Shown one piece after another: positions 47,894 to 58,320 of a stretch of DNA of 64,000 nucleotides. The translations under genes and the position numbers were made by a program. The stretch comes from Spirochaetota bacterium (GTDB taxonomy: Bacteria > Spirochaetota > Spirochaetia > Treponematales > UBA12059), in NCBI GenBank assembly GCA_029560805.1, contig JAKQKE010000021.1, positions 15,191 through 79,190 of the forward strand, in the 5' to 3' direction. The notes beneath the pieces are model-generated. The model was not told where the DNA came from and made no database searches. It saw nothing but the letters and a program-made list of their open reading frames with translations. How positions within the stretch are numbered: position 1 is the stretch's first letter; the number at the start of each line of letters is the position of its first letter.

Positions 47894-48973
47894 CTACTGG
47901 ATCAGCTGATCGTCCTCGCCGCGGGCGATGATGATCTCGCCCGTGTCCTCGAGGTGGCGGATTACCGCGACTATCTTCTGCTGGGCTTCCTCGACGTCCT
48001 TGATGCGTACCGGGCCCATGTACTCCATGTCCTCCTTGAGTGCCTGGGCGGCGCGCTTGGACACGTTCTGGAACACCTTCTCCTGGACCTCGGTGTCGAC
48101 ACCCTTGAGGGCCCGCGTGAGGTCCTGGGTATCGACCTCGCGGATGACCTTCTGGATCGAGCGGTTGTCCAGCATGACGATGTCCTCGAAGACGAACATC
48201 TTCTTCTTGATCTCCTCGGCCAGCTCGGGGTTCTCCTCCTCGAGCGCCTCGAGGATGCTCTTCTCCGTGGTGCGGTCGGCGAGGTTGAGTATCTCGACGA
48301 TGGCGTCGACGCCGCCCGCGGCGGTATAGTCCTCGCTCGACAGCGTTGACAGCTTCTTCTCGAGCACGCGTTCCACCTCGCGCAGGGTCTCCGGCGAGGT
48401 ACGATCCATCGTCGCGATGCGCTTGGCCACGTCTGACTGGTGCTCCTTGGGCAACTTGGTCAGGATGTAGCTGGCCTTGTTCGGCTCGAGGTAGGCCAGG
48501 ATCAGGGCGATGGTCTGCGGGTGCTCAGTCTGGATGAAGTTGAGCAGGTTGGCCGGGTCGGTACGGCGGATGAAGTCGAACGGCCTGACCTGGAGGGAGC
48601 TGGTCAGGCGGTTGATGACGTCTATCGCCTTCTGGGAGCCGAGGGCTTTCTCGAGCAGCTCGCGGGCATAGTCGATGCCGCCTGAGCTGATGAACTCGCT
48701 GGCCATCATCAGCTCCTGGAACTCCATCAGGATGGCGTCCTTGAGCTCCGGCTCGACGTTCTCCAGGCGCGCTATCTCGAAGGTCAGCGTCTCGATTTCA
48801 TCCTCGCGCAGGTGCTTGAAGATCTCGGCGGATATCTCGCTACCGAGGGTGATGAGGAAGATGGCGGCCTTCTGGCGACCGTTCAGGTCCTTGGCGCTTT
48901 TAGGCTTCTTGCCGGTCGATCCGCTCGCTCCCGGTCCCGTCGACTTGCCCTTGGCTGGGGCGGCTTGGGGCAT
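47894..48973 (-). CDS. fliG: Rotor protein FliG
   Basis: KAAIFLITLG, EHPQTIALIL, GGVDAIVEIL, MFVFEDI, EAQQKIV. Confidence 0.97.
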   Translation of the reverse strand: MPQAAPAKGKSTGPGASGSTGKKPKSAKDLNGRQKAAIFLITLGSEISAEIFKHLREDEIETLTFEIARLENVEPELKDAILMEFQELMMASEFISSGGIDYARELLEKALGSQKAIDVINRLTSSLQVRPFDFIRRTDPANLLNFIQTEHPQTIALILAYLEPNKASYILTKLPKEHQSDVAKRIATMDRTSPETLREVERVLEKKLSTLSSEDYTAAGGVDAIVEILNLADRTTEKSILEALEEENPELAEEIKKKMFVFEDIVMLDNRSIQKVIREVDTQDLTRALKGVDTEVQEKVFQNVSKRAAQALKEDMEYMGPVRIKDVEEAQQKIVAVIRHLEDTGEIIIARGEDDQLIQ

Positions 48974-48976
48974 CTG

Positions 48977-50683
48977 TCACTCCTCCCTGAGCCAGGTCCG
49001 GATGAGCTGAGCCACGTCCTCGGGATGCTCCTTGGCCATGTTGATGGCGTGCTCCTGGAGATCCAGTCGCTTGCGCTCCTCCACGGACATGGACACCTCG
49101 ATGTTCTGCTCCTCCGCCTGCCGTATCGCGTTCTCCCTGAGCATCTGCTGCTCGAGGGCCCGCTTCTCCTCCGCTATCCTGCGCCTGCGCTCGACCTCCC
49201 TCGAGGCCAGCCTGAAGACGATGAACGCGACGAGCAGGAAGGCCAGGCCGATCAGCGAGTATAACACTATCCGGTTCGTCTGTTGGCGCCGGAGGAAGGC
49301 CGCGTCCTCGGCCTTGAACTGGGCGCTACGGTCGAACTGGATATTCCTCACGGTGACCGAGTCGCCGCGCATCCTATCGTAGCCTATCGCGTCACGGACG
49401 AGGGCCGCCGCGGCGTCCAAGTCGGCCTGCGGCACCGGCACGTACTCCCGCTCGATGCCACCGTCGGCCTTGAGGGCCGGCTCGCCCTTGTCATTATACT
49501 TCCAGTTCCAGACTCCGTCGATATTTACCGACACGGTCACTCTATCGACGGTCGGAGAGCTCTCCTCGAAGCTCTCGCGCTTGTTCAAAGCCTCGTTCTG
49601 GATCTCGTGGGTCTGGGTAGCCTTGCCGACCATGTTCTGGAGGTCCTTGTAGGCCGGAGCGGTCTGTCCCTCCATGCCCGCCGGGCCCTCGGGATTGAAG
49701 CCCGTACCCTGGTACTCGTAACTCGTCCGCTCCGTCGACAGCGTGACCGACGGCTGCACGACCGAGTCGTCGTAGGGCGTGGTCGGGTTGTCCTCCTTGA
49801 GGACGAACGGGAAGTGCTCGGCGGTGGACACGCTCTTCTTGCTCATGTCCATGTCGATCTTGATATTCAGGTCGCGAACCCGGTCGGCGGTATAGATCTG
49901 CTGCAGGGCCTTGAGCACGGCGGCCCGGTAGTAGGCCTCCTGCTTCTGGATCAGCTGTTGCTCCCGCTTGGTCCGCTCGATGCGGTCGAAGTCAGCGAGC
50001 CCTGCGAAGTCGTTCAGCTGCAGGCCGTTCTGATCGGTGATGACGATGTTGTCGTCGGTCAGGCCGGAGACCGCGAAGCGCACGATCTTCTGGATGCCCT
50101 CGAGCTTCTTTCGGTTGGTCACGATGTCCGAGCCGGGCTTCGGGAAGATGATGATGCTGGCCGTCACGCTCTTCTGGTCGGCGGCGAACAGCTTATCCTC
50201 GGGTATCTCGATGACGACATTCGCCTTGTCGACGTCGGCTATCGACTCGATATGCCTGGTCACCTCGGCCGTGATGGCCTTGCGGAGGTTGACGTTGCGC
50301 TCGAAGTCGGTGACCGTGAACTTATCGATGGAGAATACTGCCCAGGGATCGGTGCCCCTCGGGATGAGATCCTCCCGGAGCAGTATCGCGTTGGCCCGCG
50401 AGCGCGTCGCCTCGTCCTTGACGTAGAGCACGTTGCCCTCGCCCAGCGAGAAGCCGATGCCCTCCTCGTCGAGGCGACTCGTGATGAGCCTGAGTTCCTC
50501 GTCGCTCTTGATGGGCGTGTTGATCAGCCGCACCTGCGTAGGCGCGCCGGACACCGAGACGAGCAGCACGATCCCCACGACGACGGCCAGGCCGACTCCG
50601 ATCAGGATCAGTTTCTGGACGAGCCCCCAGGAGCCCCAAAGGGTCTTCAGGCGCTCCGCGGTCTTCTTTAGCCATTCGTTCAT
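48977..50683 (-). CDS. fliF: MS-ring protein FliF
   Basis: Two TM helices, V..ANV.I.IPE, AIGYD..RGDSVTV, C-terminal PEDVAQLIRTWL. Confidence 0.95.
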   Translation of the reverse strand: MNEWLKKTAERLKTLWGSWGLVQKLILIGVGLAVVVGIVLLVSVSGAPTQVRLINTPIKSDEELRLITSRLDEEGIGFSLGEGNVLYVKDEATRSRANAILLREDLIPRGTDPWAVFSIDKFTVTDFERNVNLRKAITAEVTRHIESIADVDKANVVIEIPEDKLFAADQKSVTASIIIFPKPGSDIVTNRKKLEGIQKIVRFAVSGLTDDNIVITDQNGLQLNDFAGLADFDRIERTKREQQLIQKQEAYYRAAVLKALQQIYTADRVRDLNIKIDMDMSKKSVSTAEHFPFVLKEDNPTTPYDDSVVQPSVTLSTERTSYEYQGTGFNPEGPAGMEGQTAPAYKDLQNMVGKATQTHEIQNEALNKRESFEESSPTVDRVTVSVNIDGVWNWKYNDKGEPALKADGGIEREYVPVPQADLDAAAALVRDAIGYDRMRGDSVTVRNIQFDRSAQFKAEDAAFLRRQQTNRIVLYSLIGLAFLLVAFIVFRLASREVERRRRIAEEKRALEQQMLRENAIRQAEEQNIEVSMSVEERKRLDLQEHAINMAKEHPEDVAQLIRTWLREE

Positions 50684-50733
50684 GTTCCCCCTCCCAGAAG
50701 AACGAACGACGCCGAGCCATCAAGGCCCTGCCG

Positions 50734-51132
50734 TCATCTCGTATTGATAATATCCTTCCACGCCCGGACCACGCGGTCCATGATGGTTCTGGTGATGTTC
50801 AGAGACATATTGGCCTTGGCCATCGCCATGGTCACGTCGTGCGCGTCTATGGAATCGGGATCGATCAGCATCGTCTCCATGGCGGCGGAGCTGTCCATCT
50901 GCATGGCGTTGACGCCGTCCATGGCCTTGAGCATCGCATCCTCGAAGCTGGCCTTACCCTCGTCACCGAGGGCGGGCGTGCCGCCGCCGGTCGCGAAGTG
51001 CCTCGGGTCGAGCCTCGACAACTTCAGCCGATCCCCGCCGATCGGGGTCGCTCCGGTCATCGCTCCGCCGGCCACGGATTGGATGCCTATCTGGTTCGAG
51101 ACGCCCGGGACGCCGAACAGGGTCGACATCAC
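50734..51132 (-). CDS. fliE: Hook-basal body protein FliE
   Basis: DAHDVTMAMAKANMSL, R.V.AW..I. Confidence 0.9.
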   Translation of the reverse strand: MMSTLFGVPGVSNQIGIQSVAGGAMTGATPIGGDRLKLSRLDPRHFATGGGTPALGDEGKASFEDAMLKAMDGVNAMQMDSSAAMETMLIDPDSIDAHDVTMAMAKANMSLNITRTIMDRVVRAWKDIINTR

Positions 51133-51591
51133 TTACCTTCCTATCTCCAAGGCCTTCATGAACATGGCCTTGGCGCCGTTGGCTATCGCCGCGTTCGCCT
51201 CGTAGGCTCGCGACGCGGATATCAAGTCGACCATTTCGGTAACCACGTTGACGTTCGGGTACTCGACGTAGCCGGTCCGGGGGCCGGTCTTGATCGCGTC
51301 CGGGTGGGTCGGGTCGTAGACGAGCCTGGTCTCGGCGGCGTAGTCCTTCTGGATCTCCGACACTCGCACGCCCTCGCCGGCGCCGCCATCCCACTGATCC
51401 GGTAGGAACGGTAGCCGGAAATACGGGGTATCCGTCTTGGGCCGTAATACCACGCGGCTACGCCTGAACGCTCCGCCCTCGGGAGTGCGGGTCGTCGACT
51501 GGTTGGCGATGTTGTCGGCGATGACATCCTGGCGGAGCCGCTCCGCCGTCATCCCGCTCGCCGCGATATTGATGCTCGTGAACATGCCCAT
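51133..51591 (-). CDS. flgC: Basal body rod protein FlgC
   Basis: SGMTAERLR.DVIA.NIAN, YDPTHPDA, PNVNVV.EMVD.ISASRAYEAN. Confidence 0.96.
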   Translation of the reverse strand: MGMFTSINIAASGMTAERLRQDVIADNIANQSTTRTPEGGAFRRSRVVLRPKTDTPYFRLPFLPDQWDGGAGEGVRVSEIQKDYAAETRLVYDPTHPDAIKTGPRTGYVEYPNVNVVTEMVDLISASRAYEANAAIANGAKAMFMKALEIGR

Positions 51592-51600
51592 ATGTACCTC

Positions 51601-52020
51601 TTATTTCAGGACCTGGTTGACCTGGTTGAACTCGAAGGCGGCGGCCTGGGTCATCAGGGTATACCGCAGCTGGTTCGTCATCGCATCCATGAACTCCTGC
51701 TCGGCGTCGACATTGTTACCATTGTTCTTGGTCGTCGACAGGTAGTCGAGCACCCTGCGCGGGCTGACGTCCCTCCAGTCGGCCCGTTTCCACGACGCGA
51801 TATGGCCCGGCTCCGTGGTCGCCAGCTGTAGTCTGGGCTCGCGTCTCTCGGAGTCTATGGCGCGCTTCAGGGACGATTCGAAGTTGATCTCCGAGCGCTT
51901 GAAATTCGGCACCTCGGCGTTGGCGATGTTGTTGCCAATGACCTCGTGGCGCAGGGACGCCACGTCCATGCTACGCTGGAGCAGTTCCACTGTCCTACCG
52001 AACGTCGTATTCTCGAGCAT
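51601..52020 (-). CDS. flgB: Basal body rod protein FlgB
   Basis: R.EVI.NNIANAEVPNFKR, NGNNVDAEQE. Confidence 0.96.
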   Translation of the reverse strand: MLENTTFGRTVELLQRSMDVASLRHEVIGNNIANAEVPNFKRSEINFESSLKRAIDSERREPRLQLATTEPGHIASWKRADWRDVSPRRVLDYLSTTKNNGNNVDAEQEFMDAMTNQLRYTLMTQAAAFEFNQVNQVLK

Positions 52021-52067
52021 CGATCCGCCTCCACTGGCCTCCGTTCTCCGGAGGCCCTCACCTTCTC

Positions 52068-52095
52068 TTATCGGCCCATTACCGCCGGCTTGTTA
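52068..52095 (-). promoter_or_regulatory. Putative sigma28 promoter of flgB operon
   Basis: Perfect -10 GCCGATAA (52075-52068) with TAAC -35-like element 16 nt upstream (consensus TAAA-N15-GCCGATAA). Confidence 0.65.
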
Positions 52096-52114
52096 CTCCA
52101 ATTGAACGAAGAGG

Positions 52115-52195
52115 AAGCTCAAGGATCCATCCCCTTCATAGCCCTCATTCTCCCTCTTCTCTTTCTTCCCTCTCCTCCTCGTATCCTCTTCGCTG
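52115..52195. other. Polypurine/polypyrimidine tract between hslU and flgB
   Basis: 52130-52191 is mostly C/T on the plus strand, with 52146-52180 carrying a single purine; flanked by a 9-bp inverted repeat. Confidence 0.8.
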
Positions 52196-52207
52196 GCTTA
52201 CCTACAC

Positions 52208-53623
52208 CTACAATATGAACTTCGCGAGGTCCTCGCTCTCGAAGACGCCCTTGAAGCGCTCCTCGACGAAGGCTTCACCTATCTCCACTGAGTCGCCGCC
52301 GCGCTCCGGCGCGTCGAAGGACAGCTCCTCGAGCAGGCGCTCCATGATCGTATGCAGGCGCCTGGCACCGATGTTCTCGGTGCGCGCGTTCGCCTTCTCC
52401 GCTATCGACGCCAGGCGACTGATCGCCTCGGCGGAGAACGTCAGGGTCACGCCCTCGGTACCGAGTAACTGCGTATACTGCGTGACGAGCGCGTTCTCCG
52501 GCTCGGTCAGGATGCGCACGAAATCCGACGCCGACAGCGCCTCGAGCTCTACGCGTATCGGGAAGCGCCCCTGGAGCTCGGGGATCAGGTCGGACGGCTT
52601 GGACACGTTGAACGCGCCGGCCGCAATGAACAGGATATGAGTCGTATCGACGACGCCGTACTTGGTGGTGACCTTCGAGCCCTCGACGATGGGCAGGATG
52701 TCCCGTTGCACGCCCTCGCGCGAGACGTCCATGCCGCCACCGGAGCGCCCCTCGCGGGTTGCTATCTTGTCTATCTCGTCGATGAACACGATGCCCGACT
52801 GCTCGACCCGCTCGCGCGCCTCGGCCGAGGCCCGGTCCTTGTCGACGAGACGGTCCGACTCCTCCTCGAGGATAACGCGCCTGGCCTCTTTGACGGTCAC
52901 CGTCTTCTTCTTCTTCTTGCCGCCGAAGATGTTCGCGATGCCGGAGAAGGCCGACTCGAGCTCCTCCATCTGCTGCCCGGCGAACAGCTCGATCGACGGC
53001 GCGGACTGGGCGGAGACCTGAACCTCGACCTCCTTGCCGTCGAGGAGGCCTTCGCGCAGCATGGCGCGGAATTTCTCCCGCGTGTCGGAGCCCTTCGAGG
53101 CCGCGACCTGGGCGACCGGCGGCTCGACGACCGAAGTCGCCCAAGTCTCCGGCTTGGCGCTGGCCGATGCGGTCGGCGCCGCCGGCTTCTGGCCAAGCCC
53201 TGGCAGGAGCAGGTCGAGCAGGCGCTCCTCGGTGTGGCGCTCGGCATCCTCCTTGACCTTGGCCGCCATCTCCTCGACGACCATGCGATAACCGGCGGCC
53301 ATCAGGTCGCGTATCATCGACTCGACGTCACGGCCGACGTAGCCGACCTCGGTGTACTTGGTCGCCTCGACCTTGACGAAGGGCGCGCCGCAGAGCCTGG
53401 CCAGCCGCCTGGCTATCTCGGTCTTGCCGACGCCGGTGGGGCCTATCATCAGGATGTTCTTGGGGGCTATCTCCTCGCGGGCCGCCTCGGGCAGCAGCTT
53501 GCGCCGGAGGCGGTTACGCAGGGCGATCGCGACAGCCCGCTTGGCCTTGTCCTGGCCGATGATGTAGCGGTCCAGCTCCTCGACGACGCGCCTGGGCGTG
53601 AAGGTCTTGAAGTCCTCGGTCAC
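52208..53623 (-). CDS. hslU: ATP-dependent protease ATPase subunit HslU
   Basis: [54 protein letters not shown]; GTG start overlaps hslV stop. Confidence 0.97.
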   Translation of the reverse strand: MTEDFKTFTPRRVVEELDRYIIGQDKAKRAVAIALRNRLRRKLLPEAAREEIAPKNILMIGPTGVGKTEIARRLARLCGAPFVKVEATKYTEVGYVGRDVESMIRDLMAAGYRMVVEEMAAKVKEDAERHTEERLLDLLLPGLGQKPAAPTASASAKPETWATSVVEPPVAQVAASKGSDTREKFRAMLREGLLDGKEVEVQVSAQSAPSIELFAGQQMEELESAFSGIANIFGGKKKKKTVTVKEARRVILEEESDRLVDKDRASAEARERVEQSGIVFIDEIDKIATREGRSGGGMDVSREGVQRDILPIVEGSKVTTKYGVVDTTHILFIAAGAFNVSKPSDLIPELQGRFPIRVELEALSASDFVRILTEPENALVTQYTQLLGTEGVTLTFSAEAISRLASIAEKANARTENIGARRLHTIMERLLEELSFDAPERGGDSVEIGEAFVEERFKGVFESEDLAKFIL

Positions 53624-54156
53624 GGCAGTTCCTCCACGAGGATATGGTCGTTCGTGTAGATGCAGATGCCCCCGGCGATGCCGAGGCTGCGCCTGGCTAT
53701 CTCGGCGGCCGACAGCTCGCTCGTGTCGAGGTACGCGAGGGCAGCGGCGTAGGCGTAGTTGCCGCCCGAGCCTATAGCGATGGCGTCCCCGGCCGGTTCT
53801 ATCACGTCGCCGGTACCCGAGAGGAGCAGGGTCTTCTCCCGATCGGCTACCAGGAGCAGCGCCTCGAGCTTGCGTAGCATCTTGTCCGTGCGCCAGTCCT
53901 TGGCCAATTCGACGGCGGCCCTCGTCAGGTCGCCCTGGTACTCCTTGACCTTGACCTCGAAGTGTTCGAGCAAGGTAAAGGCATCGGCGGTGGCTCCGGC
54001 GAAACCGGTCAGTATCCTGCCGTCGTAGATGGTACGGACCTTCCTGGCATTGCTCTTCATCACGGTCTCGCCCATCGTCACCTGGCCGTCGCCGGCCATC
54101 GCGACCTTGCCGCCGCGTCTGACGGCTATGATCGTCGTGCTTCGTATCCTGTTCAT
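53620..54156 (-). CDS. hslV: ATP-dependent protease peptidase subunit HslV
   Basis: [32 protein letters not shown]. Confidence 0.97.
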   Translation of the reverse strand: MNRIRSTTIIAVRRGGKVAMAGDGQVTMGETVMKSNARKVRTIYDGRILTGFAGATADAFTLLEHFEVKVKEYQGDLTRAAVELAKDWRTDKMLRKLEALLLVADREKTLLLSGTGDVIEPAGDAIAIGSGGNYAYAAALAYLDTSELSAAEIARRSLGIAGGICIYTNDHILVEELP

Positions 54157-55106
54157 CTCGTCGTTCCCCTAATCGTGTCGCTCGCTTCGCCCGAAGCCCC
54201 GCGCGGCTTTCCGGCGTGCGGATGGGCCCCGTCGTAAACCTCGCGTAGGCGCGCCATGTCCACGTGCGTATACACCTGCGTGGTCGATATGTTCCGATGT
54301 CCGAGCATCGCCTGTACCACCCTGATGTCGGCCCCGCGGCCGACGAGGTGGGTGGCGAAGCTATGCCTGAAGCCGTGAGGCGACAGCCGCCGGCTGCGCC
54401 CCGACGCAACCATCCGCCACTCGACGATGTACGCTATGCCACGGGTCGAAAGAGGCCCGGACTTGGCGTTCAGGAAGAAGCCGAAGTGCCTGGCCTCGTC
54501 CTCGCCCATGCCGGCTAGCCTGGCCGACCGGTACGGGAGCCAAGCCTCGATAGCCGCCCTCGCCGTATCGGACAGGAATACCACACGCTCCTTCGAGCCC
54601 TTGCCGGTCACCCTGGCCCGACCGGCCCGTAAGTCGACGTCGGCCGGGGTCAGGCCCGCAAGCTCCGACACGCGGCAGCCGGTGCTGTACAGCGTCTCGA
54701 AGATGGCCCGGTCTCGGGCGCCCGCGAAGCCGTCATCGGGCGAGCCGTCGATAAACTCGGCCATCTCGTCCTCGAACATGAAGGCGGGCAACGTCCTGGC
54801 CATCGGCAGGGACTCGACGTCCTTGGCCGGGTTCGTCGAGGCGTGGCCGTAGCGGAGGAGGTAGCGGTAGAAGCCCTTGACCGCCGACAGGGCGCGATTC
54901 ACGGAGCTGCTCATGTAGCCGTCGCGGACGAGCGAGGCGACGAAGTCTCGGACGTCGGCGGGCTCGGCGGCCTCGACGGAGCGGCCGGCGCCCTCGACCA
55001 ACGCCGAGAACAGGCGCAGGTCGTTGCCGTAGGCCGCGACGGTACGAGGCGACAGGGAGCGTATCGCGCCGAGGTAGGCCAGGTAGCCGTCAATCAGGGA
55101 CGGCAT
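54153..55106 (-). CDS. xerC: Tyrosine recombinase XerC
   Basis: [47 protein letters not shown]; topA-xerC-hslVU synteny. Confidence 0.88.
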   Translation of the reverse strand: MPSLIDGYLAYLGAIRSLSPRTVAAYGNDLRLFSALVEGAGRSVEAAEPADVRDFVASLVRDGYMSSSVNRALSAVKGFYRYLLRYGHASTNPAKDVESLPMARTLPAFMFEDEMAEFIDGSPDDGFAGARDRAIFETLYSTGCRVSELAGLTPADVDLRAGRARVTGKGSKERVVFLSDTARAAIEAWLPYRSARLAGMGEDEARHFGFFLNAKSGPLSTRGIAYIVEWRMVASGRSRRLSPHGFRHSFATHLVGRGADIRVVQAMLGHRNISTTQVYTHVDMARLREVYDGAHPHAGKPRGASGEASDTIRGTTR

Positions 55107-57306
55107 GGTCTTCGTCCTGGCTGTGCAGGTAGTCGCAGGCCGGGTTGATGCAGGCCTTATACGATCCGCGCTTCTTGTCGAAGCGCTCCACGAGGAACCA
55201 CCCGCACTTGGGGCAGTAGCTGTTGGTCGGCTTGTAGTATGTGATGAAGTCGCACTCCGGGTAACGCGAGCAGCCGTAAAATTCGCGGCCGCGCCCCTTG
55301 GATTTACGCCTGGCCACGATCTCGCCGGTGCAGCCGGGCCTGGGGCAGCGCGCGAGCGGGATGCTCTTCGTGTTCTTGCAATCCGGGAAGCCCGTGCAGG
55401 CCAGGAAGAAGCCGAAGCGGCCGAGCTTCTTGACCATCGGCCGCCCGCATTTCTCGCAGACCTGGTCCGTTGGCTCGTCGAGGCTACCCTTGAACGACTG
55501 GAGCGTGGCCATGATGTCGTCGATGCGCTTCTTGAACGGGCCGTAGAACTCGCCCATCGCGGAGACCCAGTCGCGCTTCGACTCCTCGACCTGGTCGAGC
55601 ATGTTCTCCATGTCGGCCGTGAAGCCGGCGTCGACCACGTCTCCGAACGAGCCGACGAGTATCTCGTTTATCTTACGGCCCAGAGTGGTCGGCACCAGCT
55701 GCTTGTTCTCCCGGGTCACATAGTACCGTTCGAGCAGCACCGATATGATCGGCGCATAGGTCGACGGGCGGCCGATGCCCTTCTCCTCGAGCAACTTGAT
55801 GATCGAAGCATCGGTAAAGCGGGCCGGCCCCTGCGTGAAGTGCTGCTCCGGCCGATAGCCCTCGAGCTTGAGCTCCTCGCCGATACGCATCTCCGGCAGG
55901 GTCGACTCCTTGTCGTCCTTCGTCGCGAGCAGCTTTATGACCTTGTAGAAGCCCTTCTCCACTAGCCGCGAGGCGCCGACGCGGAACCTGGCCAGGCCGA
56001 CGGAGACTTCCATCGAGGTCGAGCGCTGCTTGGCCTGGGTCATCTGGCTGGCGACGAAGCGCTCCCAGATTATGCCGTACAGCTTCTGCTGGTCCTTGTT
56101 CAGGTACTCCTTGATCGCATCCGGCGTATAGGCGACCATCGTCGGCCGGATCGCCTCGTGCGCGTCCTGGGCCTTCTTATCGGTGGCGTAGACGACGGGC
56201 TCGGCGGGCAGCTCGGCGGGGAAACGCTCGCCGAGCCAATCGCGCACCTCCTTGAGCGCCACGTCCGAGACGCGCACCGAGTCGGTACGCATATAGGTAA
56301 TGAGGCCGATGCGGGTCGAGCCGATGTTGATGCCTTCGTACAGCTGCTGGGCTATCTGCATCGTCTTCTTGCTGGTGAAGCCGAGCCTATTGGCCGCGGT
56401 CTGCTGCAGCTTGGAGGTCGTGAAGGGCGGCTTCGGCTTGACCTGGCGCTCGCTTTCCTTTACGTCGGAGACCAGGCAGGGCAGCCCTTCGATGGCGCGA
56501 GTGATGGCCTCGACGTCGGACTCGCCCTTGAGCTCGGCCTTCGCTCCGTCGTATGAGACGAGCTCGCCCGAGAACGCGTAGCGCCCCTTCTTGAAGTCCG
56601 CCTCGAGCGACCAGTACTCCTCGGGGATGAACGACTCCACCTCGACCTCGCGCTCGCAGATCAGGCGCAGGGCGACCGACTGGACGCGGCCGGCCGAGAG
56701 GCCGTTCTTGACCTTCTTCCAGAGTAGCGGGGACAGGTTGTAGCCGACGAGACGGTCGAGCACGCGCCTGGCCTTCTGGGCGTTCACCTTGTCCTCGTCG
56801 AGGGCCGACGGCTTCTTGACCGCGTCACGTATGGCCTGCGGGGTTATCTCATTGAAGACAATGCGCTTTATGTCGAGGCCCTCGTTCTTCTGGGCGAGGG
56901 CGGCTCGGATATGGAAGGAGATGGCCTCTCCCTCGCGATCGTTATCGGAGGCGAGCAGCACCGCCTTCGATTTCTTGGCCGCCTTCTGGAGTTCCTTTAG
57001 GAGCTTCGCCTTGCCTCGTATCGTCAGGTACTCGGGCGCGAAACCGCTCTCCACATCGACGCCGAGGCGAGACTTGGGCAGGTCAATCAGGTGCCCCATC
57101 GACGCGAGCACCATATAGGACGAACCGAGGTACTTCTCGATCGTCTTGGCCTTGGCGGGCGACTCGACGATGACCAGAGTCGGCTTTTCGGGCGTCTTCT
57201 TGGCCTTGGCCGGGGCCTTCGTGGCCTTGCGGACCGTCTTAGCTCCGGCCTTGGCTTCCTTCGCGCCGTTCATGCTGTCCATCCCAGCGCTCTCATCGCT
57301 CGCCAT
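55090..57306 (-). CDS. topA: DNA topoisomerase I
   Basis: LVIVESPAKAKTI, ASDNDREGE, SAGRVQ, ITYMRTDS, GIGRPSTY, C-terminal C4 zinc ribbons. Confidence 0.97.
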   Translation of the reverse strand: MASDESAGMDSMNGAKEAKAGAKTVRKATKAPAKAKKTPEKPTLVIVESPAKAKTIEKYLGSSYMVLASMGHLIDLPKSRLGVDVESGFAPEYLTIRGKAKLLKELQKAAKKSKAVLLASDNDREGEAISFHIRAALAQKNEGLDIKRIVFNEITPQAIRDAVKKPSALDEDKVNAQKARRVLDRLVGYNLSPLLWKKVKNGLSAGRVQSVALRLICEREVEVESFIPEEYWSLEADFKKGRYAFSGELVSYDGAKAELKGESDVEAITRAIEGLPCLVSDVKESERQVKPKPPFTTSKLQQTAANRLGFTSKKTMQIAQQLYEGINIGSTRIGLITYMRTDSVRVSDVALKEVRDWLGERFPAELPAEPVVYATDKKAQDAHEAIRPTMVAYTPDAIKEYLNKDQQKLYGIIWERFVASQMTQAKQRSTSMEVSVGLARFRVGASRLVEKGFYKVIKLLATKDDKESTLPEMRIGEELKLEGYRPEQHFTQGPARFTDASIIKLLEEKGIGRPSTYAPIISVLLERYYVTRENKQLVPTTLGRKINEILVGSFGDVVDAGFTADMENMLDQVEESKRDWVSAMGEFYGPFKKRIDDIMATLQSFKGSLDEPTDQVCEKCGRPMVKKLGRFGFFLACTGFPDCKNTKSIPLARCPRPGCTGEIVARRKSKGRGREFYGCSRYPECDFITYYKPTNSYCPKCGWFLVERFDKKRGSYKACINPACDYLHSQDEDHAVPD

Positions 57307-57308
57307 CG

Positions 57309-58301
57309 TTACGTTCTCCTACTCGTTCGCCCGTACGCCGGGCTCGTCAGCCTAGTCCTGCTCGGTCGCCGTAGCGGCGCCCTGCGTCGGCGATTGCCGG
57401 ATCGCCTCGAACGCGCATCGAAGCCGCCGGGCTCGAACGCGCCATGGCGCCCGACGCCGCAACGCCAGTCCTCGATGATATCGCCGAACGACGATAGCGT
57501 CACCGCCCCGTCGGCGGCCAAGGCGTCGGAACCGGCCGACCTCGGCCCGCCCGAACAGGCGGCCGCCACGTAGACGTCGCGGCCTTCCTCGAGGGCGAAG
57601 GCGGCGCTGATCAGCGCTCCCGAACCGCCGGGCGCCTCGACCACCACGGTCGACCGGCATAATCCGGCCAGTATCCGGTTCCGTTCCGGGAACGTCCAGC
57701 GCGAAGGCGGCGTGCCGGGCGGATATTCTGACGCGATCCCGCCCCCGGCCTCGACCATCCTCGCGGCCAGCTCCTTGTTCGACGCGGGATATACCGCGTC
57801 TATGCCGCGGCCAAGCACGGCGTAGGTCCGCCCGCCGACCGCGATAGCCCCGCGATGCGCCGCCGAGTCGATGCCCCGGGCCAGGCCCGATACCACCTGG
57901 ACGCCCTCGGCGGCGGCTTCCATCGCCAGCGCCAGGGCCGCGTCGAGGCCGCGGCCGGTCGGATAGCGCGTACCGACTATGGCGACCGACGGTCGGCGCC
58001 CGTCCGGCAGGCGACCGCGAACGTATAGCATGAACGGGGGCCTGGCCGTCTCCCGTAGGATCGCCGGATAGCCGGCATCGAAGTAGCCGTACGACGAACC
58101 CCCTACGGCTGAGAGGAAGCGCAGATCCCGCTCGGCCTCGCGCTCCCAGGCGTCCGGGTCCCAACGGGCTCCGTCGAGCCTATGGCCTACGGCCCGCTCG
58201 ACGTCCTCCAGGCACAGGTCGCATAGGGGAGCGCCCCCGACGCGCATGACGAGCTTAATGCGCTGCCTAGCCGACAGGAACGGCATCCTTGCCACGATCA
58301 T
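57309..58301 (-). CDS. dprA: DNA processing protein DprA/Smf
   Basis: AIVGTR, VVSGLARGIDSAAH, FPERNRILAGL, SGALISA; start uncertain (58301-58340). Confidence 0.9.
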   Translation of the reverse strand: MIVARMPFLSARQRIKLVMRVGGAPLCDLCLEDVERAVGHRLDGARWDPDAWEREAERDLRFLSAVGGSSYGYFDAGYPAILRETARPPFMLYVRGRLPDGRRPSVAIVGTRYPTGRGLDAALALAMEAAAEGVQVVSGLARGIDSAAHRGAIAVGGRTYAVLGRGIDAVYPASNKELAARMVEAGGGIASEYPPGTPPSRWTFPERNRILAGLCRSTVVVEAPGGSGALISAAFALEEGRDVYVAAACSGGPRSAGSDALAADGAVTLSSFGDIIEDWRCGVGRHGAFEPGGFDARSRRSGNRRRRAPLRRPSRTRLTSPAYGRTSRRT

Positions 58302-58320
58302 GTCCCGTAGCGAAGCCAGC

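Noticed and set aside
52208-54409. 733 aa ORF suggesting an HslV-HslU fusion
   Set aside because: The extension is out of frame with HslV and is low-complexity junk; HslU starts at GTG 53623.
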